Assembly (NCBI RefSeq): GCF_000315625.1 | Contig: NW_005434530.1 | Span: forward strand, 138,627-175,635 | DNA: 37,009 nt | From: Guillardia theta CCMP2712 | Taxonomy: Eukaryota > Protista > Cryptophyta | Reading direction: 5' to 3' | Part shown: positions 15,198-26,800 of the stretch, piece by piece | Numbering within the stretch: the stretch's first letter is position 1 | How the letters are laid out: the number at the start of each line of letters is the position of its first letter | Translations under genes and position numbers: made by a program | The notes under the pieces: generated by a model | The model's input: only the letters and a program-made list of their open reading frames with translations | Told to the model about the DNA's origin: nothing | Databases searched by the model: none

Positions 15198-15419
15198 CGT
15201 TCTTGAACCTCTTCCCGCTCCTCCTCTTCCTGCTTCTTCTCCCTTGTCTTTATATCCAAGGTACTGTCAAACTTCGGAAAGAATTCAAGGGCAAGCCGAA
15301 ATTTCTCGAAAACAATTTAAAATTTAGGCAACAATTAAGAGCCTTTTGAGGAATAAATTGAAATTTAATAGGTAGATTTGAGCAAGCAGAATCCATCGAA
15401 AACCCTGTACTCAGATGTA

Positions 15420-16060
15420 CGGGAGGGATGCGTAGGAGGGAAGGAGAAGACAAGCAGAGAGAGGGGGGGAGGAGGGGAGAGGGAGAGAGGGGGGGGGATC
15501 GGAGACAGACAGACAGAGACAGAGAGAGACAGAGGGAGACAGATGGAGACAGAGGGAGAGGGAGGAAGGGGGGGAGGAAGGGAGGGAGGGAGGGAGGGAG
15601 GGAGGGAGGGAGGGAGGGAGAGTTAGCGGAGCTGCCATTGGTCGTGAGGAGTTAAGGTTGCAAACTTGATCCTCCAGAACTAGCATCAAATTCCCAACGA
15701 TGAAGGTTGAACCAAGAAGATATCGGAAGGGGAAGAGAGAGAAGTGAAGGGAAAGGATAGAAAAATTGCCAAATGGGCAAACACAATCCTTGAGATCCTG
15801 CGAATGGGAATGATTGCCTGACCGTTTGATGCTCCAGGAGGAGGAAGAGGAATAAGCAGAAGAATGGGTTGTTGGTATCGATCGCTGCTGTGATAACTGC
15901 CTCTGAGTACCGTTGCTCTCGCCTACTCCTTTCCTACCCCGCCCTACTCTTCTTATTCCTCTCCTCTCCTTGCTCCTCTCCTCTCCTCTCCTCTCCTCTC
16001 CTCTCCTGACTGCAATCCTCTTCCCTTCTTCCTCTCCTCTTCTCTCAACCCCTTCTCATC
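15420..16060. repeat. GA-rich (GGGA)n/(GACA)n and (CTCTC)n simple repeats in a head-to-head spacer
   Basis: Direct inspection: 15440-15620 is purine-rich and 15950-16050 is pyrimidine-rich. Confidence 0.85.
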
Positions 16061-16089
16061 TTTCCACGCTCAAGCCGCGCTGAGCAGCC

Positions 16090-17409
16090 ATGAACCGGGT
16101 TGCTACAGCAGTCACCTCAGTCTTAACGCTCGCCTCCATGCTCTTCCTAGGTTTCATGATCTTCTCCCGGTCAGAGCAGAGGCGGATGCTGGTCTCCAGC
16201 TACCAGTCGGGCATGGAGCCTGGGGCCCAGCTCGAGAGCAGCGTGAAGGAGCTCAAGAAGCTCCTCGCCGATATTGACGCTCGGGTGGGCAGGATAGAGC
16301 AGCACCTGTTCAGCAGCGGGGGTTCGCGGACGGAGGTCAAGAGCCCAGCTCCAGTCGAGCTGGTCCCGCCGTCTGGCAGTGCACCCAGCAGGCATGGGGG
16401 GGAAGTCATCATATCGAGGAAGGAGCCAACGTCCCTCTCGCTCTTCCCCCGCAAGAACGCTTCTGCTGAGGCTCTCCCCAAGGCTGCCTTCGAGTCTTTC
16501 CGACTCGTCGTGCTCACGTGCGAGCGAGCTCGCTCCCTCGGCCGCCTCCTGCGCTCGCTGGTTGGCGCCGCCTACGATGGCCTGCCCGCAAACCTGCACG
16601 TCCACCAGGATCGAAATTCGAAGGGTGAGCTGGACCCGGAGGTGAAGAAGGTGGTGGACGAGCTTGCCTGGCCGCATGGCAGCAAGGAGTTACACCAGTG
16701 GCCGAAGCAGGTAGGCATCATGGGGAACTGGATCGACTCTTGGCAGCCGAGCCAGGACAGTAAGGAGCTGGCGATCTTCCTGGAGGACGACCTCGAGGTC
16801 TCTCGTTTCTTCGCTCGCTGGTTCCTCGCTGCCCACAAGCACTTTGCGCATGACGAGTCCGTCTCCTGCTTCTCCGCCATGCGAGCGCAGCTGAGGGCGG
16901 CGGACCAGAGGGGGGAGGGGCTCATGGAGAACACGGTGCCGGAGACGGTGCGGGGGTTCAAGTACAGGCTGATGGGGACTTGGAGCTTCTCGCCCAAGGC
17001 TCAGCACTGGTTCTTCTTCCGCCAGTGGTTCCACAAGGTCAGCAAGATCTCCAACTTCAAGCCTACTGTGGAGGGCATCATCCCTTCCACGTGGTACGAG
17101 GAGTTCCTCAGGAAGGGGACGCAGTCCTCCATGTGGGAGATGTGGTACATCCGCTTCATGGATCAGAAGCAGAAATTCTGCGTCTACCCCTGGGTCAAGT
17201 ACCGCAGGACCCTCGTGGCGAACTGGAGGGAGCCGGGCCTGCACTACTCGGGGCCTGCGACCATGGACTATCCCGTCCTCACTGAGTGGGACCCTAGCCT
17301 GGTTCAGTGGCCTGCCGACGTCCTGACGCTGGGCTGGGACGGGCACGATATGAACGAGCCGAGGAAGATTCGGGGAGCACCTCCTCTGCTTGAGGTCATC
17401 AGGAAGTGA
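16090..17409 (+). CDS. Type II membrane glycosyltransferase (GT-A fold), intronless
   Basis: N-terminal TM anchor, coiled-coil stem, first strand LVVLTCERARSLGRLLRSL and DxD-type motif AIFLEDDLEVS; 439-aa ORF. Confidence 0.8.
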   Translation: MNRVATAVTSVLTLASMLFLGFMIFSRSEQRRMLVSSYQSGMEPGAQLESSVKELKKLLADIDARVGRIEQHLFSSGGSRTEVKSPAPVELVPPSGSAPSRHGGEVIISRKEPTSLSLFPRKNASAEALPKAAFESFRLVVLTCERARSLGRLLRSLVGAAYDGLPANLHVHQDRNSKGELDPEVKKVVDELAWPHGSKELHQWPKQVGIMGNWIDSWQPSQDSKELAIFLEDDLEVSRFFARWFLAAHKHFAHDESVSCFSAMRAQLRAADQRGEGLMENTVPETVRGFKYRLMGTWSFSPKAQHWFFFRQWFHKVSKISNFKPTVEGIIPSTWYEEFLRKGTQSSMWEMWYIRFMDQKQKFCVYPWVKYRRTLVANWREPGLHYSGPATMDYPVLTEWDPSLVQWPADVLTLGWDGHDMNEPRKIRGAPPLLEVIRK

Positions 17410-17561
17410 AGCTGAGGGAGAGGAAGGAGATCAGAAAGACAAAGTAGAGGAAGGTGTGTGACGTTGACTCGCACCCGCTCCCCGCAGCTGTCAGGCATGA
17501 TACAAGAGAGTATGTTTCAAGGTTTACAAGTCTAGTAGATCAGAGATTATGTTCACATCGG

Positions 17562-18575
17562 TTAAAAGCATACCACGTCCCCGCTAGTTTGCACGGCAGG
17601 CTTCGCCTTCGCCTTCATAGCCAGCAGGATGTCGGCGGCCGCCAAATCGTTCTGGTCGCACCTGGTCAGGCTCGGGACCTTCTCCTCGATACCCTTGAGC
17701 GCGCTAGAGGCCTCCACCGCCACCTCCGGCCGCAGGGCTGCCAGCTTCGGCCATGAAGGCTCCTGGGCGAACATGCCGTTGGAGAACATCAACCCGAGTC
17801 GGGCAGGGAGGGAAGAGGCAACGAGGTTGGGAATGTAGATAGAGGGGGCGCTAGCGTTGATGGTGGGAAGGTTGAGCTTCTTTTTCTTCAGGGGGGGCTC
17901 CGTCTCTGAGCAGTCGGAGGAGACTGAGCTGTGCATCGCCGGCCGGCCCGTCTCGCTGTTGGAGCGCCGCAGTTCCCGTTCCCAGTGTTCGTGGAACTGA
18001 CTGCAGACCGAAAGGAACCGTTCCAAAGTGCACTGACCAGAGAAGATGTACGAAGTGTTCTGCAGGGACTGCCATCCTCGCTTCAACACCTCCAGGTCCT
18101 CCGGGTCCTTGGGGTTCCTCCATTTCCTGTTGGCAAAGAAGTACCGGGCCGCTGCAGGGGAGCGAAAGTCAGCAGGATCAGCACGATGCGCATGGCGGCA
18201 TGCTACCTTTGACGTTGTCGCTGTTGTCGAACTCGATGATCGGGGCTCCTGCTCCTCTGTCTCGGATCTTGGAGAATCCGTTCTTCTCCAGCACCTTGTT
18301 GAACTCGATCTCCGTCATCCCGTATCGCCCGATCCACGGGTCGTTGTTGCGGATGGCGGACGGGCAGCAGTCTCTGAGCGCCGAGAAGATAGAGAGACTC
18401 CCAGAGCGAGCAATCACGTTCCTCCCTTGATTCGAAACCTCACTTGTCACCTGCCAGCAAGACAACCCCTCAGCATGAGCAATCACAAAACAATCCCAAC
18501 GCCGCCCGTTCTCACCGTGGCAGCGAATTTCAGCCCCAGCGCTTTGTTTTCGTCCGATGCTACCGGACGAACCAT
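17562..18575 (-). CDS. Putative nuclear/DNA-binding regulatory protein (3 exons), family unassigned
   Basis: Exons 18575-18516, 18450-18207 and 18151-17562 join in frame: MVRPVASDENKALGLKFAAT-VTSEV...DNVK-AARYFFANRKWRNPKDPEDLEVLKRGW.... Carries an NLS-like PPLKKKKL and a C-terminal AAADILLAMK. Confidence 0.7.
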
Positions 18576-19059
18576 CGTCGTTCAGATTTGTTCAGACTTT
18601 GACCTCCCCTGTTTCGAATTCTACCGATAGAAAGCACCAAACTCCTCCTACACTCCAATAGCCGATGGTAGCAGGTTGACGGACGATCCTCAAATTCAGC
18701 AAGAACCTTTGGTCGAGTTATGGGCAGGATAGGATGGGTTTTTGGAGTGTTTTGCGGAGAGAGGAAAGAGAGCAGTCGTAAGAGTACAGGAAAGCGATGC
18801 TGAAGACAATCAGAAGGAGGCGGGGTGCTGTAGAGGGTGCTTGCCAGGAAGTACAGAAAGCGACGAAGGTAAAGAAATCCGACGATCCGGACGTATATGA
18901 GAGGGAAAGTAGGTGAAGAAGAGTAGGAAGAGGAGGCTATGGGTAAAGAGGAAGGTAGAAGGGAAGATAGAGCAGCAAGAGAGCGCGGAGGAGGGAGAAG
19001 GGAGGAAGATGGAGGGGGGACGGGAAGGTGTGGAGGTACGAAAAGCGCGGAAGCAAGGA

Positions 19060-20360
19060 GTACCGGTGATATCATCTAAAAAAAGTCTGAATAGTGGGGG
19101 TAGGGGTACACTGTTGATGGATAAACGAGAAAGGTGGTGGGTCCCGAGAAAAATTACCTTTTTTTTTGGTTTGAACCGGTGGGGGTCGTACTTTACCGAG
19201 GGTGGGGTGGTTATTGGAGGGGTACTTTGTAAACTATTCGCAAGGGTGTTTTCGAAGAAGCTCATCAGTTTGGGGATGGAGACAGGGGTGGAGATGGTAT
19301 ATGTGGGTAGGGGGTACTTATTTCCGGATTTGAAGCGACTTCAACTTTCCAGGGTGGGGTAGTCATTTCAAGGGCAGCATGCTGACACCACCGGTACAAA
19401 TCATGGAACACTTATGTCCCTGTTGTTTGGTGGGGTCATGGGATGGGGTGGGTGGGTGGTAAAGCCACCCGAATGAGTGGGTACCCACCTCTGACACCTG
19501 CAGCTCAAAGTTAAAATGTTTTTAAAACGAATTCTGGGAAATTTTTGGAATCTGAAGGGGTGAGCGGTGGTAGGCAACAGGGGTACGACCACCCCTCGGA
19601 GTCCGGTCCAATTTAGTCCACATACAATCACCTTGGGGTAGGGTGATACTTCAACTTAGTGTTTTCGGTATTTTTGGGGTGGGGTGGTTTGAATTTTTAC
19701 GTGAGATTCTGAAAAATGGATTCGGAATCGACTTCGTTGATGCCACGGGTGGTGAGGAAAATGGGGGAAAACAGGGCATTGATTCCTCATGCAAGAAGGA
19801 ATATTGAAATTATTTATAGAATTTATGTAGAAACTTTCAAACTCTATAAAAAAGTTTGAATTATGTGCTGTCGCTGCAACATTTACGTAGTAGTACCTTT
19901 GATGGCAGAATGTGGGAGAGGGGTGGGGTAGCATGGAGAGGACAAAACAGGAAAAAGCTTGAGCGATGTATGAAAAGGGTGGGTAGAAATATTCTGATAA
20001 TAGGGGTGGGGTGGGACGATGAGCTGTTCCCATTCTTTGCCCCCCCAAAAAAAGAATAGTTTGTGATAGGTTGACACGTGACACAAGAGGGGGGGTAGTG
20101 TACCTCAAGGGAGAGGGTACGGCCTGCAGAGTTGGGGTTTGGGTAGGGTGAAACAAAGGATTTTGAAGGAAACTATAGGGTGGGGTAGTACCAAATTTTC
20201 ACTAGACCAGGGGGGGGTAGTAGGTCCAAAGATTGCACAGTGCAGCAAAAGTTCAGAGCTGGGGCCGGTAGGACATGACTTCTCCATAAAAAGTTTTCCG
20301 GACCTCCGAAGCAACCCAGGGGGTGGTGGATGGAGAAAGTCAAAGGAGGGGTAGTGACCT
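19060..20360. promoter_or_regulatory. Head-to-head spacer rich in GGGGT/GGGGTAC with an AT-rich core (~19780-19870)
   Basis: GGGGTAC at 19103, 19219, 19311 and 19580, with many other GGGGT and GTAC words. No credible coding frame. Confidence 0.45.
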
Positions 20361-20883
20361 TGGGGAACGACCCTTTGGGCCGAGAGGTCAGTCAGCAGGT
20401 CAGGTAGCGACTGACGACATTGGCCGGTGAACCTGTCAACGTCCGAATCGGGTTTAGTTCAAAATAGCTTTAGTTAGTGATGGTGTACGTAGGTTTAGCT
20501 TACTTCTGTTTAGTTATGAGAGCTAGCTAGCGGACCAGGTGCGGCCCTGGTGCGGCCCATGGCGACTGCCATGGCGAGGGAGTGAATGATGGTGTGAGGG
20601 AGGAGAGGGAGGAGAGGGAGGAGAAGGAGGGAGGCAGGAGAGAGGTAGAGAGAAGAGGAGAGGACGGTGGGAGGGTGGGAGAGCGTGTGACAGGGAAGAA
20701 AGATGGGTATGAAGGAGGGAGGAGACGAGAAGGAAAGGGAAAGGGAAAGGGGAGAGCGATAAGAGAAAAGGGAGATCATCTTGCGAGGATGCTCTGAGAC
20801 CGCAAGTGAATCCTTCTACTTGAGCATGCTGTGCCGCAACATGGACAGAGTCCCGCGCTGGTGAAGTCACTCTCCGTACAACC

Positions 20884-23800
20884 ATGAAGGAGGCTAGGGC
20901 ATGTAGCTCCTTCTTCTCCAAGGCTCGACTAAGGCTGCTCGTCTTGTCCTTGGCTCTTCTGCTTGCTCTGGTGGACCTGGTCGTCTCTTCTCATGCGCCC
21001 CCGCAAGACTTGTTCGTGGATGGCACAAGGGATCTGCAGCAGAAGCTTCGCGTTGACAACGGGAGGAGGAGAGGTATGACATGCGCTGCTAGGTTGCCCC
21101 GTCAGACAGAACGCAGATGAAGGGAGGAGCGCCAAGGTGCAGGAGGAGACTTGCGCGAGCGAAGTCAATGTCGTTGACCTCGTGTGGGAGGAGCGCGGGC
21201 TTCTGATCATTGCAATGCAGGCACAGAAGTTTATCGACGGGTACACTAGCAAGGTGAGACGGGATGGCATTTGGGGAGGGGGTGACGGAGAGGAGAGGAG
21301 ATAGGTGGAGGAAGGAAGAAGAAGAGAAAGTGGAGGAGAGCAGGAGAAGGGAAGGGGGGGCGGGGTGGCGTAGGTAGGTAGGAGGAGGNNNNNNNNNNNN
21401 NNNNNNNNNNNNNNNNNNNNNNNNNNNNNNNNNNNNNNNNNNNNNNNNNNNNNNNNNNNNNNNNNNNNNNNNNNNNNNNNNNNNNNNNNNNNNNNNNNNN
21501 NNNNNNNNNNNNNNNNNNNNNNNNNNNNNNNNNNNNNNNNNNNNNNNNNNNNNNNNNNNNNNNNNNNNNNNNNNNNNNNNNNNNNNNNNNNNNNNNNNNN
21601 NNNNNNNNNNNNNNNNNNNNNNNNNNNNNNNNNNNNNNNNNNNNNNNNNNNNNNNNNNNNNNNNNNNNNNNNNNNNNNNNNNNNNNNNNNNNNNNNNNNN
21701 NNNNNNNNNNNNNNNNNNNNNNNNNNNNNNNNNNNNNNNNNNNNNNNNNNNNNNNNNNNNNNNNNNNNNNNNNNNNNNNNNNNNNNNNNNNNNNNNNNNN
21801 NNNNNNNNNNNNNNNNNNNNNNNNNNNNNNNNNNNNNNNNNNNNNNNNNNNNNNNNNNNNNNNNNNNNNNNNNNNNNNNNNNNNNNNNNNNNNNNNNNNN
21901 NNNNNNNNNNNNNNNNNNNNNNNNNNNNNNNNNNNNNNNNNNNNNNNNNNNNNNNNNNNNNNNNNNNNNNNNNNNNNNNNNNNNNNNNNNNNNNNNNNNN
22001 NNNNNNNNNNNNNNNNNNNNNNNNNNNNNNNNNNNNNNNNNNNNNNNNNNNNNNNNNNNNNNNNNNNNNNNNNNNNNNNNNNNNNNNNNNNNNNNNNNNN
22101 NNNNNNNNNNNNNNNNNNNNNNNNNNNNNNNNNNNNNNNNNNNNNNNNNNNNNNNNNNNNNNNNNNNNNNNNNNNNNNNNNNNNNNNNNNNNNNNNNNNN
22201 NNNNNNNNNNNNNNNNNNNNNNNNNNNNNNNNNNNNNNNNNNNNNNNNNNNNNNNNNNNNNNNNNNNNNNNNNNNNNNNNNNNNNNNNNNNNNNNNNNNN
22301 NNNNNNNNNNNNNNNNNNNNNNNNNNNNNNNNNNNNNNNNNNNNNNNNNNNNNNNGATTCCCTCCTCCTCCTTGCTTCCTTCTCATCCTCCACTCTCTCG
22401 CTCTCTGCCCCCTCCGTTGCTCTTCCTCGCCCCCTCCTCTCTTCTCACACATGGGCCCAGCGACTACTGGCAGGAGCAGGAATTCCCGGTCATACTTCCA
22501 CCTGACGCCACCACCCTCAAGCTGTGGAGGTGAAATGTTCTCCAGCTGCCATCGCGTCTTTCCACTTTCCTTCCACTCCCTCCACTCCTCAAGCTGCTTC
22601 CTGTCATCTTTCTACCATCTGGATGCTCTCGTGTCGTCGCCCCCTCCCTGTCTCCTCCTCCGTCCTCTCCTTGTAGAGCCCATCTCTCCCTCCCCTCCTA
22701 CCTGCCTGACTTTCCTCCGCTAGGTTTCCCCAGCGAAGTTTGCTGAGCGAGGAATGGAAGGGGATGGAGGTAGTTCCTCCTCCTCCTTCCTCCTTTTCCT
22801 CCTTCCTCTTCCTCCTCCTCCTCCTCCTCCTCCTCCTCCTCCTTTCTCCTACTCCTCTTCCTCTTTCCTCCCCCTCTCCTCTCGCCTCCTTCTCCATCTT
22901 CCTCCTCCTCTTCCTTCCTCTCGCCTTTCTCCTCTCGCCTCCTCCTGGCACAGTAAAGCATGACGCTGAACTTCCGTGCCTGCTCCTCTGCAGGAGCTGG
23001 ACTTCGAGAAAGGGGACGGCCTCCCGCTTGTTCAGGTGGACGAGGAGGCAGGAAACCTTGCTGTTGGTGTGATACATCCTGCAGCAACGGAGCAATGTCT
23101 TCCAAGTGGCGAGGAGAGGAACGTTCCAAGGGTTCGTGATCAAGATGCAAGGTGAGGGGGGAGGAGATGGAAGGCAGACGCGTAAGGAGGGCAGAAGGGA
23201 GGAGAGGGGCAATAATCGAACAGGATGATAATGATTGAAAAGCAAAGCAAGGAAGGAAGGGAGGAGGAGAAGGCGAGGAGGGAGGGGAAGGGAGGAGGGA
23301 GGAGAGACGGAGGAGGGAGGTTCAAGAAGTCAGGGGAAGGTTTCGAAAGACAGACAGACAGACAGACAGACAGGGGAAAGGAGGGAGCAGGGAGCAGGGA
23401 GGAGGGAGGCAAAGAGGGAGGAGGGAGGCAGGGAGGGAGGAGGGAGGAAGGAGGAGCATGAAGAATCGGGAGACGTCTCTCACATCAAACCTGAAACCTT
23501 CTTTCAGCGTCCTTGCTTGATGAAGGGAGTGAGGAGATCCAGACATGGTGCTGGGACAACAACAAGCAGAAGGAAGAATGCAAAGGGTGAGGCATCTTTG
23601 TCAGACTGCTGTCGTTATTAACTAGTTCTCCTCCTCCTCCTCCTCCTCCTCATCATCATCATCATCACCATCTGAATCCCTAATTTACATGCCTTCCTGT
23701 AACTTCCCATCCTTGCCCTCCGATGTTCGTCGCTTTCTCCTCCTCCTCCGTTGCAGTCACTGGGCTCAGCAAGTGATTTGTTTCAAGCTGCGAGCGGTCT

Positions 23801-24287
23801 GCACCTCCTCTTCTCCTCCTCTCCTCCTCCTCCTCCTCCTCCTCCTCCTCCTCCTCCGGCTTCCGCTTTATACTTCTTCTCCTCTGTTCCGTCTTTGTCC
23901 AGAATCATCCTCTTCCTCCTGACGATTTTCCAGACGTCGACAAAGGAGATGAAATTCTGCTGCAAACGACAGTCGACACGTCTCGCGTTCAACCGACCTA
24001 TCGGTCTCTCGTCTCATCTCGTCTCGTCTCGTCTCGTCTCGTCTCGTCTCGTCTCGTCTCGTCTCCCCTCCTCTCCTCTCATCTCCTCTCCTCTCCTCTC
24101 CTCTCCTCTCCTCTCCTCTCCTCTCCTCTCCTCTCCTTCCCTCTCCTCTCCTCTCCTCTCCTCTCCTGCTCCCTCCCTCACAATCGCCCCTCTTAGGTTT
24201 GCCGCTCAGCTGAGAAGGAAAGGGAGCGCTGAAGAGCAACTGGAGGACCTTGGCGAGAGGATTCTGAACCTGCCCAACTTCGGCTGA
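20884..24287 (+). CDS. Protein arginine methyltransferase (PRMT)-like protein with an N-terminal hydrophobic signal; the SAM-binding core probably lies in gap 21389-22355
   Basis: Before the gap: signal-like LLVLSLALLLALVDLVVSS and AQKFIDGYTSK. After the gap, spliced exons read LLSEEWKGME-ELDFEKG, VARRGTFQGFVIKM, KGHWAQQVICF (THW-loop-like), VDKGDEILLQTTVD and PTYRF...LPNFG*. This matches the order of PRMT beta-barrel motifs. Confidence 0.6.
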
Positions 24288-24481
24288 GCTCTTCCCCTCA
24301 TCCTCATCCTCCTCCTCCTCCTCCTCCTCCTCCTCCTCCTCCTCCAGCAGCAGCAGCATATTCCTCCCGCTTCTTGTCCGGCTGACTCATCATGGCAAAT
24401 ATGCAAGAATGAACTGAATTTTCCTCGGCTCCCTCCTCCTCGCAGCGTCTCCTCCTCCTCTTCTCCTCTGCCTCCTCCTCC

Positions 24482-26654
24482 TCAGGGCCACACATGGACC
24501 GCGATACCGCATGCTCTGATCTGCCTGAGGGCGTCAAACGCCTGCCACATGGAGTGCGGGAGGAAGGAATCTTTCCAGAGCTGCGGGTAGAAGAAGTGCA
24601 GCTCGACGAAGATCTCGTCCACGAGGGAGAGATGGGGGGAGTAGAGTAGCGCGGCGAGAAATCCCCACTCCATCGTCCCTGTCCCCGCCGACACGCCGTT
24701 GTCGTCGCAGTCGAACTTGAGGGCAACAAAGTCTTCCTCCTTGACATTGTCCTGGAGCAGAGACAGCACGTCCTTGCCTCCTCCTCCTCCTCCTCCTCCT
24801 CCTCCTCCTCCTCCTCCTCCTCCTCCTCCTCCTCCTCCTCCTCCTCCTCCTCCTCCTACTCGAACCTGCTCTCTCAGCACAGTGATGTTATGTCTGTTCC
24901 TGTAGCTCTCCAGCACCTCCACGTCCTCCATCGGCTCGATGAGAATGACTTCATCAAACTTCAGCCAAGGAGCATACAGATCCATCAGGTACTTCCCGCT
25001 CCTCCTGAACCCTCCCGCTCCACAGTCCACCAGCACCCTCCTCCTGTAGCTGCTGCTCTGCCACCTTGGGAAACTTGGGAGGACGCGGTAGGGGAAGAAG
25101 AAAGGTCTGCCGAAGGATTGCAGGATGCTGAAACCCGTCGGCTCGAGATGCTCCATGGCGGCGACCTCCTCCTGGAAGTTTCTTTGTGCGACTTGCGGGC
25201 ATCGCATGTGGTACCTGAGGCAAAATGTTGGATGGAGGGAGGAGGATGGGGAGAGAAGGGAGGACGGGGGGGGAGGAAGCGGGGAGGGGGAGGAGAGAAG
25301 ACGTTTGTGGAAGGGAGTGGTCATAGGGTGTACGCGAGGGAGTGGGAAGAAGCCTGAGTGTGCGACAAGGGTTGAGGAGAATGAAGAAGAGGGAAGAGAG
25401 GGGAGGGAGAGAGGAGGAGGTGAAAAATGGGGGAGAGAGGGGAGGGGAGAGGAGGGGAGAAAAAGGGGGAAGAGAGGGGGGTTAGGGGAAGAGAGAAGAG
25501 GAGGGAGGGAGGAGGAGGAGAGACTGCGATAGCATCGTCCTCACTTGATCGGCACGTAGGCATCGAGCTCCATCCTGCGGGCGGGGCTGATGTGCTGAGC
25601 ATACAAGGCCATCCTGTCCTGGAAGAGGAGGGAAACGGAGGGGAGGTGAAGCTGGAAAGCTCGTTCCTCTGCTGTGTACAGGTTGAGGACGATCCAGGAG
25701 GCAGAAAGGAGGCAGAGAGAGTCGAAGATAGACTGATAACAACTCGCATCCTCGCACCTCCCCCTGAGCAGAGGGAGGTGCCGGTCGGAGGCGAGGAGGT
25801 AGAGCAGGGACGCGACGCCTGACGGGCATGCAGACACGTTGGCAGGAGAGAGCGACGAGATCTCGAGCAGGAAGTCGTCAAGGACATGTGGAGGATCCCT
25901 GGCCGCGGCCTCCTGTGCTCCCCCCTGCTCCAGATCCCGTGCAAGAGCTCGAAGTTGGTGTTGAGGGCATAGCAGGAGGACAGGCTGTCAGCCCGAGCGA
26001 ACTCTGCGCCATTGTACCACTCGTAGTAGGCCATCTCCTTGAGGAACGTCTGGACCTGCTGAGGGAGAGCGCTCCTCGACATGTTCACCATGAGCCTGCC
26101 GAACTTTTCTGTGGGGACGCAGGTCCCCTCCTCTTCCTGGCACTGCATGTAGTCAGGATCTCCGACAGCCTCCAGCAGCAACGATTCTGCCAGCACGTCG
26201 TCTGCATTGAGGGGCATGAAAGCCGGCTGCCCCTTGGCAATGGCGACTCGCTCGCTCTCCTCCACGAGCAGCTCGTAGGGGATTGGCCTTGCAACAGGTC
26301 TTGGAGAGGACGGGAGATAGGGACCTTGCATGCTGGAGGAGGAGGGAGCAGGGAGAATCTCCTGATCCTCTCGGCGTCTACTGCTGTCCTCGTGAGGATT
26401 CCGGTGGAGATCAGTCGGAGGAAGAGGCTCAGAGGACAAGCGTTGGGCACGTATCGTCCCCTCCCTCAACTCCTCTCCTGCCATCAAACTTTCTCCTCCT
26501 CCTCCTCCTCCTCCTCCTCCTCCTCCTCTTGGCCTTTTTCTGATTCTGCTGCTGCTGCTGCTGCTGCTGCTCCTTCCCTTCTTCCTCCTCCTCCTCCTCC
26601 TCCTGCCATCACGACTGTGATCACCAACAAAACTCCTTTCCACCATGTTCCCAT
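24482..26654 (-). CDS. Secretory-pathway FkbM-type (class I SAM) methyltransferase, multi-exon
   Basis: The last exon has VLVDCGAG, VILIEP, VKEEDFVALKFDCD, EWGFL, LVDEIFVELH and LRACGIAVHVWP-type C-terminus (QIRACGIAVHVWP*). Putative signal MGTWWKGVLLVITVVMA from ATG 26654. The join across 26480-26600 is unresolved. Confidence 0.72.
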
Positions 26655-26659
26655 GACTA

Positions 26660-26800
26660 ACAACCACCCCACTTCCAGGACCCCAAGAAATCCCCCAAAC
26701 CCCTATACACTACCCCTCACTTCTCCTTGTGTACCCCTAGTAATCCCACGTCTAGTACCCCTCCCTCAAAATGTACCCCAATAACTGTGCGGTTCAATAC
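26660..26800. promoter_or_regulatory. GTACCCC cluster just upstream of the FkbM-type gene
   Basis: GTACCCC at 26731, 26755 and 26773 within a head-to-head spacer. Confidence 0.45.

Noticed and set aside
16171-17346. Several minus-strand ORFs over the glycosyltransferase
   Set aside because: Antisense shadows of a GC3-biased gene.
18560-20354. ORFs in the GGGGT-rich spacer, or a retroelement remnant
   Set aside because: No RT, integrase or transposase motifs, terminal repeats or target-site duplications seen.
20929-22452. Long ORFs spanning N runs (also 30450-31159)
   Set aside because: Artefacts of assembly gaps.
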